The position numbers and the translations under genes were made by a program. The notes under the pieces were generated by a model. That model did not search any database. It was not told where the DNA came from and saw nothing but the letters and a program-made list of their open reading frames with translations. A stretch of 62,209 nt of DNA, the filler included, from Choristocarpus tenellus KU-1152 (lineage: Eukaryota; Protista; Phaeophyceae), in NCBI GenBank assembly GCA_964200185.2. It is 12 parts of 12 records of this genome, joined end to end, with 100 filler letters (N's around TTAATTAATTAA, not from the genome) between each part and the next. Parts side by side here need not be neighbours in the genome. Positions count along the whole stretch, not along the records: positions 1 to 6,566 come from CAXNAD020007857.1; positions 6,667 to 10,152 come from CAXNAD020019701.1; positions 10,253 to 15,442 come from CAXNAD020011566.1; 9 more parts are not named here. One strand, 5' to 3'. Position 1 is the first letter of the stretch. Each line of letters starts with the position of its first letter. Positions 1 through 11,379 of this stretch are shown piece after piece.

Positions 1-917
1 TGCAGTTCGTTTTGTAGGGGTTCGTGGGTGGGTGGGTCTGGTGCATGAAGCAACCGTCAACCTTTTCTACTTCGCATTTCCCCCCTTCACTACACCATGC
101 GCTATAATAGATAGTCCACATACAGATTGTGATCCCAACAGGCGATTTCCACCCACTCGCCCAGACAAGTGCCTATGTCCTTTCGGGCATCAATGGTCAT
201 CCAGACTCTTCTTGAACTTCATACAGTACTTCCACCCTTGTAGAGAGGGTAAGGCCTATGGTACGGTACCTTTTTCTTTTCTTTTTTTCCAAAAAAGCAA
301 TTGTTTAGCAAAATATGATGAGTCAATTTCTTTACTAATGATAGTAGTGATGTAGAGGGCAAAAAGGTTGTAAGGTCCCCGTGAATTGGATACAAGGGCC
401 TTTTGGTAAATGCTATAGATTATGAGCCAACTGCCTTGCTTGAGGCAGAGTGCAAGACAGTGAGTTGGCCAATCATATAAGAATTAGAAGGTGGACATGG
501 GGAGTCGACCATATTAGTGACAAAAAATGAGAACTTTTGGGCAGGTAATAGCACTGGCAAACTCTAATTTCTGTTTACTTAGACTCTTTTTCAACTGAAA
601 GAGCGTTGTTTAAATCAGTGCAGATAAAAAAAAGAAGTGAATACGTATCGTAACAAAAGTATATATAGTTTTAACATGCGTTTAATTAATCCCTACAGGA
701 GGCGTCACACCAGGAACGTCAATATACCTACGTACTTTCAAAAAATGTGTGTGTGTATCGCAACATGAATTCAAATCACATTGGGCAGGGGGAATCATTG
801 TTATAAACAACCCGTGAAGATGCATCGAGCAACTGCATCCCATGGCGCGACAGTCGCTATCCAATACGGTCTTTCAGTGAGGGCCTGAGAACAGTTGCAT
901 CCAATCCCCCTTCTTGC

Positions 918-3025
918 CTTGGTGATGGACTGGGTGACGTAATCGAAGGTGTGAATTTCATCATTGTGGAGGATCACCCGCCACTCCTCCTCTGCCTTAA
1001 TCTCCTGCTTGGCCTCAACCTGACATAACCAGAGTCAGAAACCGGAACAAACCGTTGTGGGGACCACCAAAAGAAACAGAACTACAGTCAGAGGCAAAGG
1101 GAAAGGACCAGATAGATAGATACTCATCGGCAAGGAAAACAAAACAAAACAGTTGAGTGATCGCCATAAAAGACCTACTAAATGGATGATAAGGGACTAA
1201 AACCAACCATAAAGCAGTAACAGCTACCGGAAGCACAACATGAGCAATGACATAACAAAAGGCCTTTGGTACACCATTTCAACCGATCAATTGTATGCAG
1301 AGCTGCACTGCAAGCAATCACCTCTCTCAAAGATATTATATGCACTTGATTCAAAATGTAGGCAGATAGATGGACAAGGTACAAAAAGGGTCACATCTTG
1401 AAAATGGGCAACCTCCTCCTAACTACATACTGCTATTTCAACTTATTTCTTACCCCCTACAACCCTACACAGATTTTTATCTTCACAATTTTTAGCTTCG
1501 CCCCTATGACATAGTAGGTCTATATTATTTGAGGTTCGGCTCAACCCTACAGTGTAATGTAGAATATGCTCCATGGTGTGCTTACACGTATAATCTGAGT
1601 AAATGTATCCCCTCTGTTGCACCACACCACCCTGGAATACCTGATAGTGCCCATCATCTATCCAAGCATAGCAATAGGGAGATTTAGTTTTAAGCCACGT
1701 ATACTTCATTATTGCCATCATCTTGAATGTTGAAAGAACTGCATCACCGCTACGAAATCAACAGTATAGCATAGATCCTGAGTATAAATTGTAATAGTTT
1801 TATTACACATCTTTCCTTTGAGTTTATGATAACTACCTACATACTTTGAGTTATCGTTCCTTCTGTTTTTCCTCGATTTCCAGGCAGGAATAGATTTCGA
1901 TGTAAAACTGTGTGTGCACACTGCATTTAGAAATGCGCTCTCGCACGCTCCATACCAGAAGTTGGGTGCCTATATATTTATATATATATATACACAGGCA
2001 GCAACATGAATCCTCCTAGAGTATCACAAAGCTTCACGCCTTTTCCCACATGAAGTCACCTTATCATTTGCAAATTAAGAGTACTAAACTAACACCTTCA
2101 ATATCGCATCCCCTCATTTTCGGTGGCGACATATCAAGGGAACATAGTTTAGGGGATGAACTTTGTAGCAACCAGGGAGCCAGTGATTGAGAATAATGAG
2201 ATACTTTGGTCACGTTTCCAATATCTCACCTCCCGCAGGACATGAAAAAGTTCAACGCACCTCCACTTTCTCAGCAACTCTCTCTTTCACGAGGACCTTG
2301 GTCCCAGTTTTCGCTCCTGCAGCCGCTCCAGGGGACGACATCAACACAATTGACTTCACTCGCCCCTGGGAAGCTGGCCCCTGACCGGTGACAGTGGAGA
2401 CTACAAGTAAGACGGGCGGTACCCCACACCAACAGGTTGGTCAGTACGACAGGAACAGCAGTACAAAGGAAATCGTAAGAGAAAAGCGAGAGCAAAAAGG
2501 ATAACGTAACCTCGTGGAAAAAAACTACTAGCACGCGTAATAGAGTTAATTCAGGTACAGCTTGGCCCGTGATGGAGAGTTACACTGGGTTCAACTAGAG
2601 CAACTTACACGTGGAGTTCATGATTCCCAGGCACATCGGATTCCGGTTCGAGCTTAATAGTGACTGGACATTCATTGGATGAACCAAGAAAGAGGACCTA
2701 GAATACAGGGGTATAGTATGGGTATATTATCTTTTGCAGGGGAGCCCAGGACTTCGGTCGCTTCCACAGGACCGTCTCATCACGTGTCATTTCTTCTCCC
2801 GCCACGGTGATAAGGATGCATATGCCTTACCAATGAATAAGAGTGACATCAAAGAGACAAAGTTCCCCCATATGCAGATTGCTCACCAGATGATCGAGTC
2901 CATCCTGCTCGTGTGGAGGAGGGTGCTAAACGTGACCTTGCTGATGGTTGAACCACGAACGCGCGTCCAGCTATCAGGCAAAGCAGCAGGACCGCCAACC
3001 TGAATGAGGCCCACATCGGGCCCAT
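918..3025 (-). CDS. clpS: Plastid-targeted ATP-dependent Clp protease adaptor ClpS (3' partial)
   Basis: In-phase exons 3025-2887 (MGPMWASFRLAVLLLCLIAGRA-FVV, signal peptide plus ASAFAP-like cleavage site), 2400-2261 (...KVLVKERVAEKVE) and 1019-918 (VEAKQEIKAEEEWRVILHNDEIHTFDYVTQSITK, the ClpS LHND..HTFDYV motif). Exon 3 ends at AAG|GCAAG (GC donor). Downstream exons were not found in the window. Confidence 0.88.
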
Positions 3026-3302
3026 CCCCCTGTCAACAACGATTTGACCTACAAATGATCCGCAGGTTTCACTGCGATGGGTAGTTACGTCTCTCTTTGC
3101 AAAGGTTAGAAAGGCAAAACTTTGAACGCAAGGTGAACTGCCAAGTGGCATGTGAGGCTGTTGTGTGGAGAAGGCATAGAGCCGTTAACGACAAACTATG
3201 TGGGTTGTTGGTTATGTTGGAACACTTTGACCAATTGTTGAAAGGAGGATAGATACATATTTCGCCACACAACACTTAAGGGAAAAGGCGCTGCAGACTA
3301 GC

Positions 3303-5218
3303 ATGATCAACATAGCAAGCTCTCGATTGGGAGCCCATGTTGTGAGGTTTTCATCTGAGATGCCAGGCTGCTTGGCCGCCAACGTCCTGGATGAGAATCC
3401 TAATCATTTATGGCTCTCGGATCCTACACAAGGGCTTCCTCAGCACATCGTTATAACACTCCGGCCCTCAAGTGTAGCCCTAGGACTCGAAGGGGTATCG
3501 TGTGAAGAAGTGAAAGAGGATCTAGAGATCCGTACGATGGGTTGGTACTGCTGGCATGCATATTCCACAAACCCAGGTGAGGTTGCAATCCATGCTTGTT
3601 GGCACTCTGTGCTCGCTCAAAATACGACCCATATGTGACTACTGGAGCTCACTCCTTCGGATAATAGTTTGAAATGGCATTTCGTTGTAATCTAGGGGTG
3701 ATTGATTGGTTAATTGGTCGAGCACTCTTCCCTTTTCCATCCTACTGCTGCTTCTATGTCCTGCCAACTCAAGCTCACGTGAACCTATACTTGTCAAGTG
3801 ATGGTATATCTTGGACCCTGTGGGACTCCGTCTTCGGAGAGTCTAAGGCAGGGATCCAGGTGCATGAAATACGTGCTTTCCGAACCCTGCAAACACCTTT
3901 CATCAAGTTTGAGGTGGCTCGATGCTTTGGTGCACAACAAGCATACTTCAACCGTCTGTATTTACACTCCGAGAGTGTCGAGAAGACAGGGACCGCTTTG
4001 ACACCGTGGTCTAATGCCAGTGTTGTCAGTGAAAATCCTTTGCCTACTTTGCCCTTGTTGACAAGCAATGTGTTACTTCGAAAAACTCCTGTCAAAGTAT
4101 TGAGTTACACCACCAACAAAGGTAGTCTACACAGCCATGACTCAAATATGCACGTAACAAGTGTCATGGACAGAAATGTAGTGAGCACTCAAGGGAGCTC
4201 TCGTCACACTCTCGCTACATCTGTGGCGAGAGCGAAGCAGTCACAGTCCAAAGCCACAGCATTGCTGGCCAAGCCGAAAGCATGGAATCCACCCCTCACG
4301 ACAGGTTCTTCAGTGGTCACTAACAGGGAAGGTGGCAGTGCTGGTGACCATTTCCAACCTCCCAATCGGCAATACAACAACTTTGGCACTGCCACCATTT
4401 CCCCCAATAGTGGGCCTGGAAAAGGAGCTGAAAGATCTTGGATAAGAACTGAATCTAGCTTGGAGCGTTTGGGTAAGCTGCTCAATCGTTCCACTATAGT
4501 AACCTCACCAAAGACTGACCTTGTGTCAACAATGAATCCAGCGACAAGACCCACCTCTCAAGCACACAGTGGAGTTCTTAAAGGCTTGAGCATGAATGTA
4601 GGCAACCCCGCTTCTGCAACTGAGGATTTGTTACGGCAACACAATTCTCCAACTGATGCAAAGAGTGCACCTTGGGAATCCTTTTGTATGGAACGAAGTG
4701 AAATAGCTGAGAGAGTGGTAGAACCACTTGCTAAGAGTGGTGTTGAGGGATGCATGACCCAGCATGAGGCTTATGCCCCCTGTCGCATGTCCTCCTCGTC
4801 TGTAGAGTCACCCACACGCAGCTGGCGAGATATTCTCTCCCTGGGGGACCAGACTAGCTCCAAGATTTCGCCACCTGTTGGGGATACTGCCATTTCCCCT
4901 GTGTCTGTTGCACTACCCATTGAGAATCCATACCCAGGGGTTTCACGGTCGGGAAAAGAAGAGTTTAAGCAAAAAGTTGAAGCCACAAGGTCAAAGGAGG
5001 AGCTGATCAGTTGGTCTGACCGGATAGGAGTTCTGAAAGAGGCACCTGGGCAAGATAGGAAAGCATTTGGAGGCTCCAATGAGCAACAGGAGCTGCAGAA
5101 GTTGGTGGGTCTTCTGCACAGTAAAATCAGGGAAAGGCATATACTTGCTGCTAGGTTGGACCTGCAGGAGCGACTGTTTAGTAGTCATGACTCCGCTGAA
5201 CCCTCCATACTGCCCTGA
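3303..5218 (+). CDS. Protein with an N-terminal galactose-binding/discoidin (F5/8 type C, IFT25/HSPB11-like) domain, a long Ser/Thr-rich disordered region and a C-terminal coiled coil; ~572 aa
   Basis: Exon 3303-3576 (NIASSRLGAHVVRFSSE..AANVLDENPNHLWLSD..LPQHIVI; donor CAG|GTGAG) joins in phase to exon 3774-5218 (AHVNLYLSSDGISWTLW..FIKFEV..YFNRLYL) through an AAG acceptor. Confidence 0.72.
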
Positions 5219-5559
5219 CCAAACCTCTTTTTTTGGTAGGGTAAAAAACGTATCAACCAGCTAAACAAGAATTCTCTGCTTTGTATCAAGGCTATGGCTG
5301 CTGATCTGGTGACTTCAACATATAAATAGCATGCAACAGGGTACAATATATTTAAATAGCTTCTATCTTCTTCATGTACAATTTTGGATAATGGATAGCC
5401 TGGACTTTAACCTTGTTAAGCTCAATGGGAAATATATTATCATAGTTAGAGGGTTGGCGAGTGAAGGTCAATGGATTAGTGTGAATTAGAGAGATGGGGA
5501 GGAGTGGAGATATCGTTCCATGTTTTCGTTTTTCAGTGTTTGTGTGAGTTACGTGTATG

Positions 5560-5800
5560 TTTTTGGGATTGACCAGACAAGGAGCCTGCCACGCCCTTTT
5601 GAAACATCATGGATGTGAGATTAACTTTAGAAGAATACTCCACACACAATGCGCTGCCAAGGTCTGCTTGAGTATCAACTTGGCTTACAGAGAAGACCTC
5701 GCTCTCAATATAGTCCTGAGTTTTTCTGTTTGTGAAAACTGATTCCATAGGCTTGTTCTAATGAAACATATTTCTTATAGTTTGATGATGGTTTGAGGGG
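5560..5800 (-). mobile_element. Possible highly degenerate Copia RNase H remnant
   Basis: ESVFTNRKTQDYIESEVFSVSQVDTQADL loosely resembles the Copia RNase H C-terminus (NPV..RTKH..RD.V....V..V.T..QLAD). Weak. Confidence 0.25.
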
Positions 5801-6566
5801 AGTGTTTTTCCTTGAGAAAGGACATAGACAAACTTATGAATGCTGGCGTCTTTGACCGGGCTGATAGAAAAGAGAAAAGCTCTGTTTGGAACCTTGAGTC
5901 TATGAACAAGTCAACAAGAAGCAAAGGGTGACTCTGTAGATGTGGATTATCTTGGTTAATAACCCATGAAAATAAGAGTGCCGGGATAGAGGTCAAGGGA
6001 ATGATTTACCTATGGGCCTCACAACCAGTCAAGTTGAGAGAGGCAAGAGGTAAAAAAGGGTCCTAAGTTTGTGTATCTTGGAACCAAATCTGCTTTGGTG
6101 GAGAAAGATGTTCTCTTGGCTACAATTCAGAACAATACAATGTAGTTTTGTGAACCAAAGAATTTAAGACCATGAGTAAAAAATTCTAGAGAAAAAAATT
6201 GATTACTCAAATCGAATTGAATTGAACTAGGTGACACGTGTGAAACGCACACAGGTCTGCAAGCGGCGGTTATCGCCAAAAGGCACAACCCCCAAACCCT
6301 CCTCAGGTCTCAGCAGACAAATCTGAAGCCATGAACAGTGAAATGTGTAGGGAGTTGTCAGTAGTGATGTCACACCATGTGAATATGTATTTCTGTTAAC
6401 TCACATTTCTGGTTGCATTGTGAAAAAAACAAAACAAATTACTGATTTTTTTTTGTTCAGTTTATCGGTTTTCCCGACCAATTGAACTGTTGCGCTTTCA
6501 CATTGTGTATTGTCTCCGTTCGTGCGTTGCTTCCAGGCTTCAGACCCAAAGTATCTGGGAGGGGGG

Positions 6567-6666
6567 NNNNNNNNNNNNNNNNNNNNNNNNNNNNNNNNNN
6601 NNNNNNNNNNTTAATTAATTAANNNNNNNNNNNNNNNNNNNNNNNNNNNNNNNNNNNNNNNNNNNN
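6567..6666. other. Artificial contig linker N44-TTAATTAATTAA-N44 (also at 10153, 15443, 21573, 30506, 34857, 38001, 44431, 48876, 51702, 58695)
   Basis: Identical 100-bp structure repeated 11 times. The palindromic core places stop codons in all six frames. Confidence 0.97.
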
Positions 6667-7539
6667 CCCCCCCCCCAAATACATCGAGCCACAAACAGAG
6701 GCACGTGAATTGCCGAGCTCCACAGGCAATGTGCACCCAATGAATTACCGAAGTTAAAAATCACCCCTCAACTTTCCGTTTTGATCGCTGCAATTTCACT
6801 GAAGTGCAGTAATGCAGACGATACTATCCACAACAATAGTATAAGGTACCTGAATCATCAACTAGTTGAGTTGATAGGTGAATGATTTATAGTGTTAGAA
6901 TATGGGGACTACTACTCTTATGTGGGATTTGGACAGTAGATCATGATATCCAAGAGAGAAGATCACCACATAATACATAATTGAGTTAAACTCACCATTA
7001 TGGTGGAATGATGCGGTATTAGTGCTCAAGAATGCAAGCGACAGACGACACCCTGATAAGCCGTCAAATTTTGTATCACTGAGTCACTGACTTTGATGAT
7101 CTTTAAATGTTATGATCACTGAGCATGAACAAGACTAATGAGTACCACAGAAAGGAGGCTAGAAGGCTCTGGACTGAACAAAAAAAAAAAAAAAACAGGA
7201 ATCCAAAAAATCAAATCCTGCGCCTAAAGATTATAATGATCNNNNNNNNNNAGAGAAAAAAAAAAAAAAAAAAGAACAAAAAAAAGAAGGTAGAAAGTCT
7301 TTGAATAAAAAAAAAAAAAAAAAAAACAGGAGTCCAATATATCAAATCTTGCGCTTAAAGTTTGTAATGCCCTTTATAAAATCCCCATTTAAAAATGTTT
7401 TCCAGCACTGTGTGCTCACTCCTATAAACAGTATCGTGACAGGCACTTGATTAACGTTTTGAATCACATACTCGTTGAGGCTACAAGATATGTGTGTAGC
7501 AGGCTACTCACACAGTAAAATCTTGTTCAACACAGGTTT

Positions 7540-8215
7540 TTATTTACTGTGACTCTTTACAACGGAAAATAGTCCAGCCAAACCGGACACAGGAATACCT
7601 ACTACACTTTCCAACTTACGTGCCAATAAGACCAGAGGCTCTTTTCGTATAGGCTTTCCATACTTGATGTGCTCACCCACATGCTCAAACTCTCCCAAGG
7701 GAAAGTTGCGGATTTGGTCACCCCTAGCATCGATACGGCGGTGAACAACCCCAAAGTGTTGACAACGGTTCGCATAAAGAGCTCCTAGCTGGGGTGATAA
7801 GGCCTTGGGTGCATTGAATGTGACCACGGATAACTTGCCACCACCCACGGTGATCATGGTAGGATCAATACGATGAGCTGAAATTGAGTCCCCAAGCAGG
7901 AGCAGAGCTGCTGCAGTGGTTGCAATTCCTCCTCCTTTGCTATGCCCTACATAGGGAGGGGAGTTAACACAAATAAAGTAATCGGGCAAGGAAGCAAATA
8001 ACTTGAACCATCTTGAGAAAGTGAGAGACCAGGGGTCCACACAAGGAAACACACTTTATGCTTGGTGGCTGAGGTCGCTTTATTCAGGAACTTTCCTCAC
8101 CACAGAAGCAAGCTTCCCTGTACATCTACCTACCTGTAAGAATAACATCCCTGCCGTACCTGAGGTGGCCTTCAAGGATCCACCTCAGTGATGGTCCGCA
8201 CTTGGGTTCCCATAC
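7540..8215 (-). CDS. Class 3 lipase (alpha/beta hydrolase), 3' exons
   Basis: Exon 8215-8134 (..GRDVILT-G, donor CAG|GTAGG) splices to 7946-7540, giving the nucleophile elbow VILTGHSKGGG followed by VVTFNAPK, GDQIRNFP (catalytic Asp position) and FEHVG. Confidence 0.8.
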
Positions 8216-8429
8216 CTTGAAGATTCATGTAGTAGTGGGTGAAATATAAGTTCTGTTAAAGGCGAATAGCGCAAGTATTTTCTTCTCGTGTTCTAGAAAG
8301 AGCGAGCAGCGTACGAGATTAGTAGCACATAAATGGCCTTACAGAATAAATTCTGAATTCCTAGAAGTTGCAGAATAAAGGCTAATGATTGAAGTATACA
8401 ACAGTTTGCAGACAAGAATAATATAAGAG

Positions 8430-8970
8430 GGCTTTTGGAAACCATCCATTACCCCTATTTCAATCTCTTTTTTTCTCAATTGAAAACATTAAGTCACACA
8501 TTAACCTAAGCACTGATTGAAGCATTGGGAGAAGAATAGCTGACACTCATTCATGGCTATCAACTGTGGACCCCCCGTAGTGTCGTCTTAAGATAAGTGA
8601 AAGTATCTTAGAGGGAACAAGTTTTGCCCTGTTTGTCCATTTGGGGCTTGGCTTCCCATGGGTTTTTTCATTACATTTTCCTACTCCAAAATGTTTCGAA
8701 GTAGGTAAGATGTATACATTATGAAAAGGTGTGTCCGGAACAAGGATATTGACACTTCCTAACAAGCATGATAGCCAAAATTACATAAAAATCGCAANNN
8801 NNNNNNNTTGGGCCCCAAATGGACGCGGCCCTACCCTCTAACATACTTTGGCTCGATCATTGGAGTAGAGTTGCACATCCTGTGGAGGTGAGTTCTGGAG
8901 CGTGTTGTAACAGTTCAGTTATGTGAAGACTCATGTTTGACCATGGAAATTTGTTCAACGACATAGAATA
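8430..8970 (+). mobile_element. Degenerate Copia RNase H remnant interrupted by a MITE
   Basis: SHINLST..EA and (K)IIGVELHILW..ERVV..YVKT resemble Copia VALSTTEAEY and KHIDVRLHFLRE. Many frameshifts. Confidence 0.35.
8595..8854 (+). mobile_element. MITE family A (~257 bp), PIF/Harbinger-like
   Basis: TIRs AAGTGAAAGTATCTTAGAGGG...CCCTCTAACATACTTTGGCTC with TSD GAT (8592-94 / 8855-57). Homologous to the copies at 46436 and 61607. Contains a 10-N gap. Confidence 0.85.
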
Positions 8971-9916
8971 ATTCTATGTAGAATAATTCTATGATAAAAC
9001 CAACTCACGCAGCTCAAGACAACAAGGCCATGTGGAAAGAGTTGATAGTCATGACCAACCTAAAAGAATATATTGGTACCAGGTCAGCCCACATGTTATA
9101 AAAATATTATTTGAGTTTTTTTAGCAAACATAACAATTTGTCATACTCACTAATATTATGGTTTTGAGTACCTAGAAATTTAGGATCTGAGACATACAGT
9201 TCTGCCTACTTACAAAAAACTTGTTCTGAATGGTTCTAAGTATACTCAAGAACTTTCAATTCGCTCAAATAGAACCATATTGTGTGTTTGTGGAATATGA
9301 ACTCATGCCAACTGTTAAAATGCCAAAGTGAACTTTTAATGAAGAGTTCGATTGCGAGTGAGTTCCAAACAAACCAAATCCTTGGGTTTCGATGTCAGTG
9401 AGCCAAAAATTATTGGTTTATGTCCAGGTAAGTGGAACTCCTTAGGTAGGGGACAAATTCAAATTTCAATCTGCCTGTAGGGTGATTTGATCAGTCATGA
9501 CAGGAACTCGGTAAAATGTTCAGGTACATATCGATTTTAAATACACAGTATTACTCATGGTTAACCGCATACATATTGTTGAGCGCAAATTTAGCTCAGA
9601 ACAAGAACATTAGTCCTGATGTATGATTAGCTCATGAGCCAAAATGGAGGGGTAGACAAGTTTGGACCCTTTTGCATTCTAAGCCATCTTTCTTAGTCTG
9701 TGCAATGCACTCTATTTCATTGATTTAGATCCACAACAGCGTAAGCAAAATCGATGTTCCCCCTTTCCACTCACAAAGTGACACCACAAATAAGCCAATA
9801 CTCGTCCTACAATAGTACAAAATGATGTCTTTTTGTCCTTTCTCGGGATCGTTAATAATGCAACTCTACCAACCTCTTAATTGGTTTGACTCTTGTGTTA
9901 CTTCTGCCCACACCAA

Positions 9917-10152
9917 GATTCAAAGTGTCTTAGAGGGTAGAGCCGTGTCTGTTTGGAGATCAAAATCCAATGTTGCGATTTTGATGTAATTTTGGCTAAT
10001 CGTATTCGTTAGAAAGTGCCAATATCCTTGTTCCAGACACACCTTTTCATAACGTATATACATTTTACCTACTCCGATACATTTTGGAGTAGGAAAGAGC
10101 CAAAGTATGTTAGAGGGTAGGACCGCGTCCATTTGGGGGCCAAAATCCAATG
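9917..10152 (-). mobile_element. MITE family A, reverse copy with a second A copy starting inside it at 10097
   Basis: GATTCAAAGTGTCTTAGAGGG at 9917 and GAGCCAAAGTATGTTAGAGGG at 10097 both match the reverse complement of the family A right end. Confidence 0.8.
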
Positions 10153-10252
10153 NNNNNNNNNNNNNNNNNNNNNNNNNNNNNNNNNNNNNNNNNNNNTTAA
10201 TTAATTAANNNNNNNNNNNNNNNNNNNNNNNNNNNNNNNNNNNNNNNNNNNN

Positions 10253-10325
10253 CGCCCAAAACTTTCCACCGCAAAGGTGTTGAGGTTGTAACTACGAGGA
10301 TCAAAGGAGCCCTCGTCATATATGT
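10253..10325 (-). mobile_element. 5'-truncated 3' fragment of RLE-type non-LTR retroelement
   Basis: Reverse complement matches 34250-34320 (YEGSF..YNLNTF.VESFGR). The contig breaks inside it. Confidence 0.75.
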
Positions 10326-11379
10326 ATGTCTTGTAAGATTGAGAGTCGTCTTTAAACGAAACTACTAGCTAAGCATTTATTTTATGGTGTTGACATTTCT
10401 ATGATATTTATTTTTTCACCGTATCGGATCCTAGAAAATTTTGAATTGAGTAGAAAAAATTATTTTTATGCTTTGGTGGCTGAGATGATTACCGACTTCA
10501 TTACGTGTTTCTACTCCACTCTTTTCTCGAACTCGTTTGCCAAAAAGGTTGAACTAGTAAGTAATTTTCAAAGTATCCTTAAAATACGTGCGTAAACACC
10601 TTTGGGTACGATTCATTCCGCACGCACTTTAAAATGATTGAAAAGACGCCTTTTTCGACTCCAATAAACATTCACAATCGCTTCTTCTTGATGTGTGATT
10701 AGTACAACAAACACTATCCACAAACCTGGACAATCGAGTGCAAGAATGGGATAATAGGCAGCCTTCTCTTTGCTTGGTTGGTCTGCCTTGCCTACTTTCA
10801 ACACGATGCCGGTTGACTACCAAGAAAATGTGTCGGAAGATCAAATCTGGTGCCTTCTTGAATTCGTACACCATTGCGTCCTTCTCCAGGACTGTTTCTA
10901 TTTGCATTGTTTGATTACTTTAAATTAACTTAAATTATTCATCTACTTCTGGTTCCATGAAGCATTGTGAAATACGATGGATATCTTTACGCCATGTTCA
11001 ATTCAAGTAAATTGTGAAGTCATCATGAAGGGTACAAAAAAATCATTGTCAAGCAGAAAACACACATTCAATGTATGTTTTCTGTTGAAGAACAAAAAAT
11101 AATCACATTTTTTCATGTCGACATTTTTGTCGCAAAAGTCAATCTTTCCTTTACCTACTACAAAGCAACAACATCCGAGCAGAAGGCAAAGTATTTCACA
11201 CCAAAGTGTGTTCAAATTCCTATTTGACACATCTCCTAACATTACACCATACTACAATAAATGGAACGTCATACCAAGCTAAGTTGGAACGAGAATCTAA
11301 CTTAGCGTGTCTCACGCCCCGAACAAATCCAGACCATATACATATTCCTGTTCAAAAAATGCTACGAGCACAAACCCTC

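Noticed and set aside
7180-7370. Duplicated poly-A/CAGGA..TCAAATC..GCGC segment
   Set aside because: Flanks a 10-N gap; probably redundant overlap or alternative copies from scaffolding.
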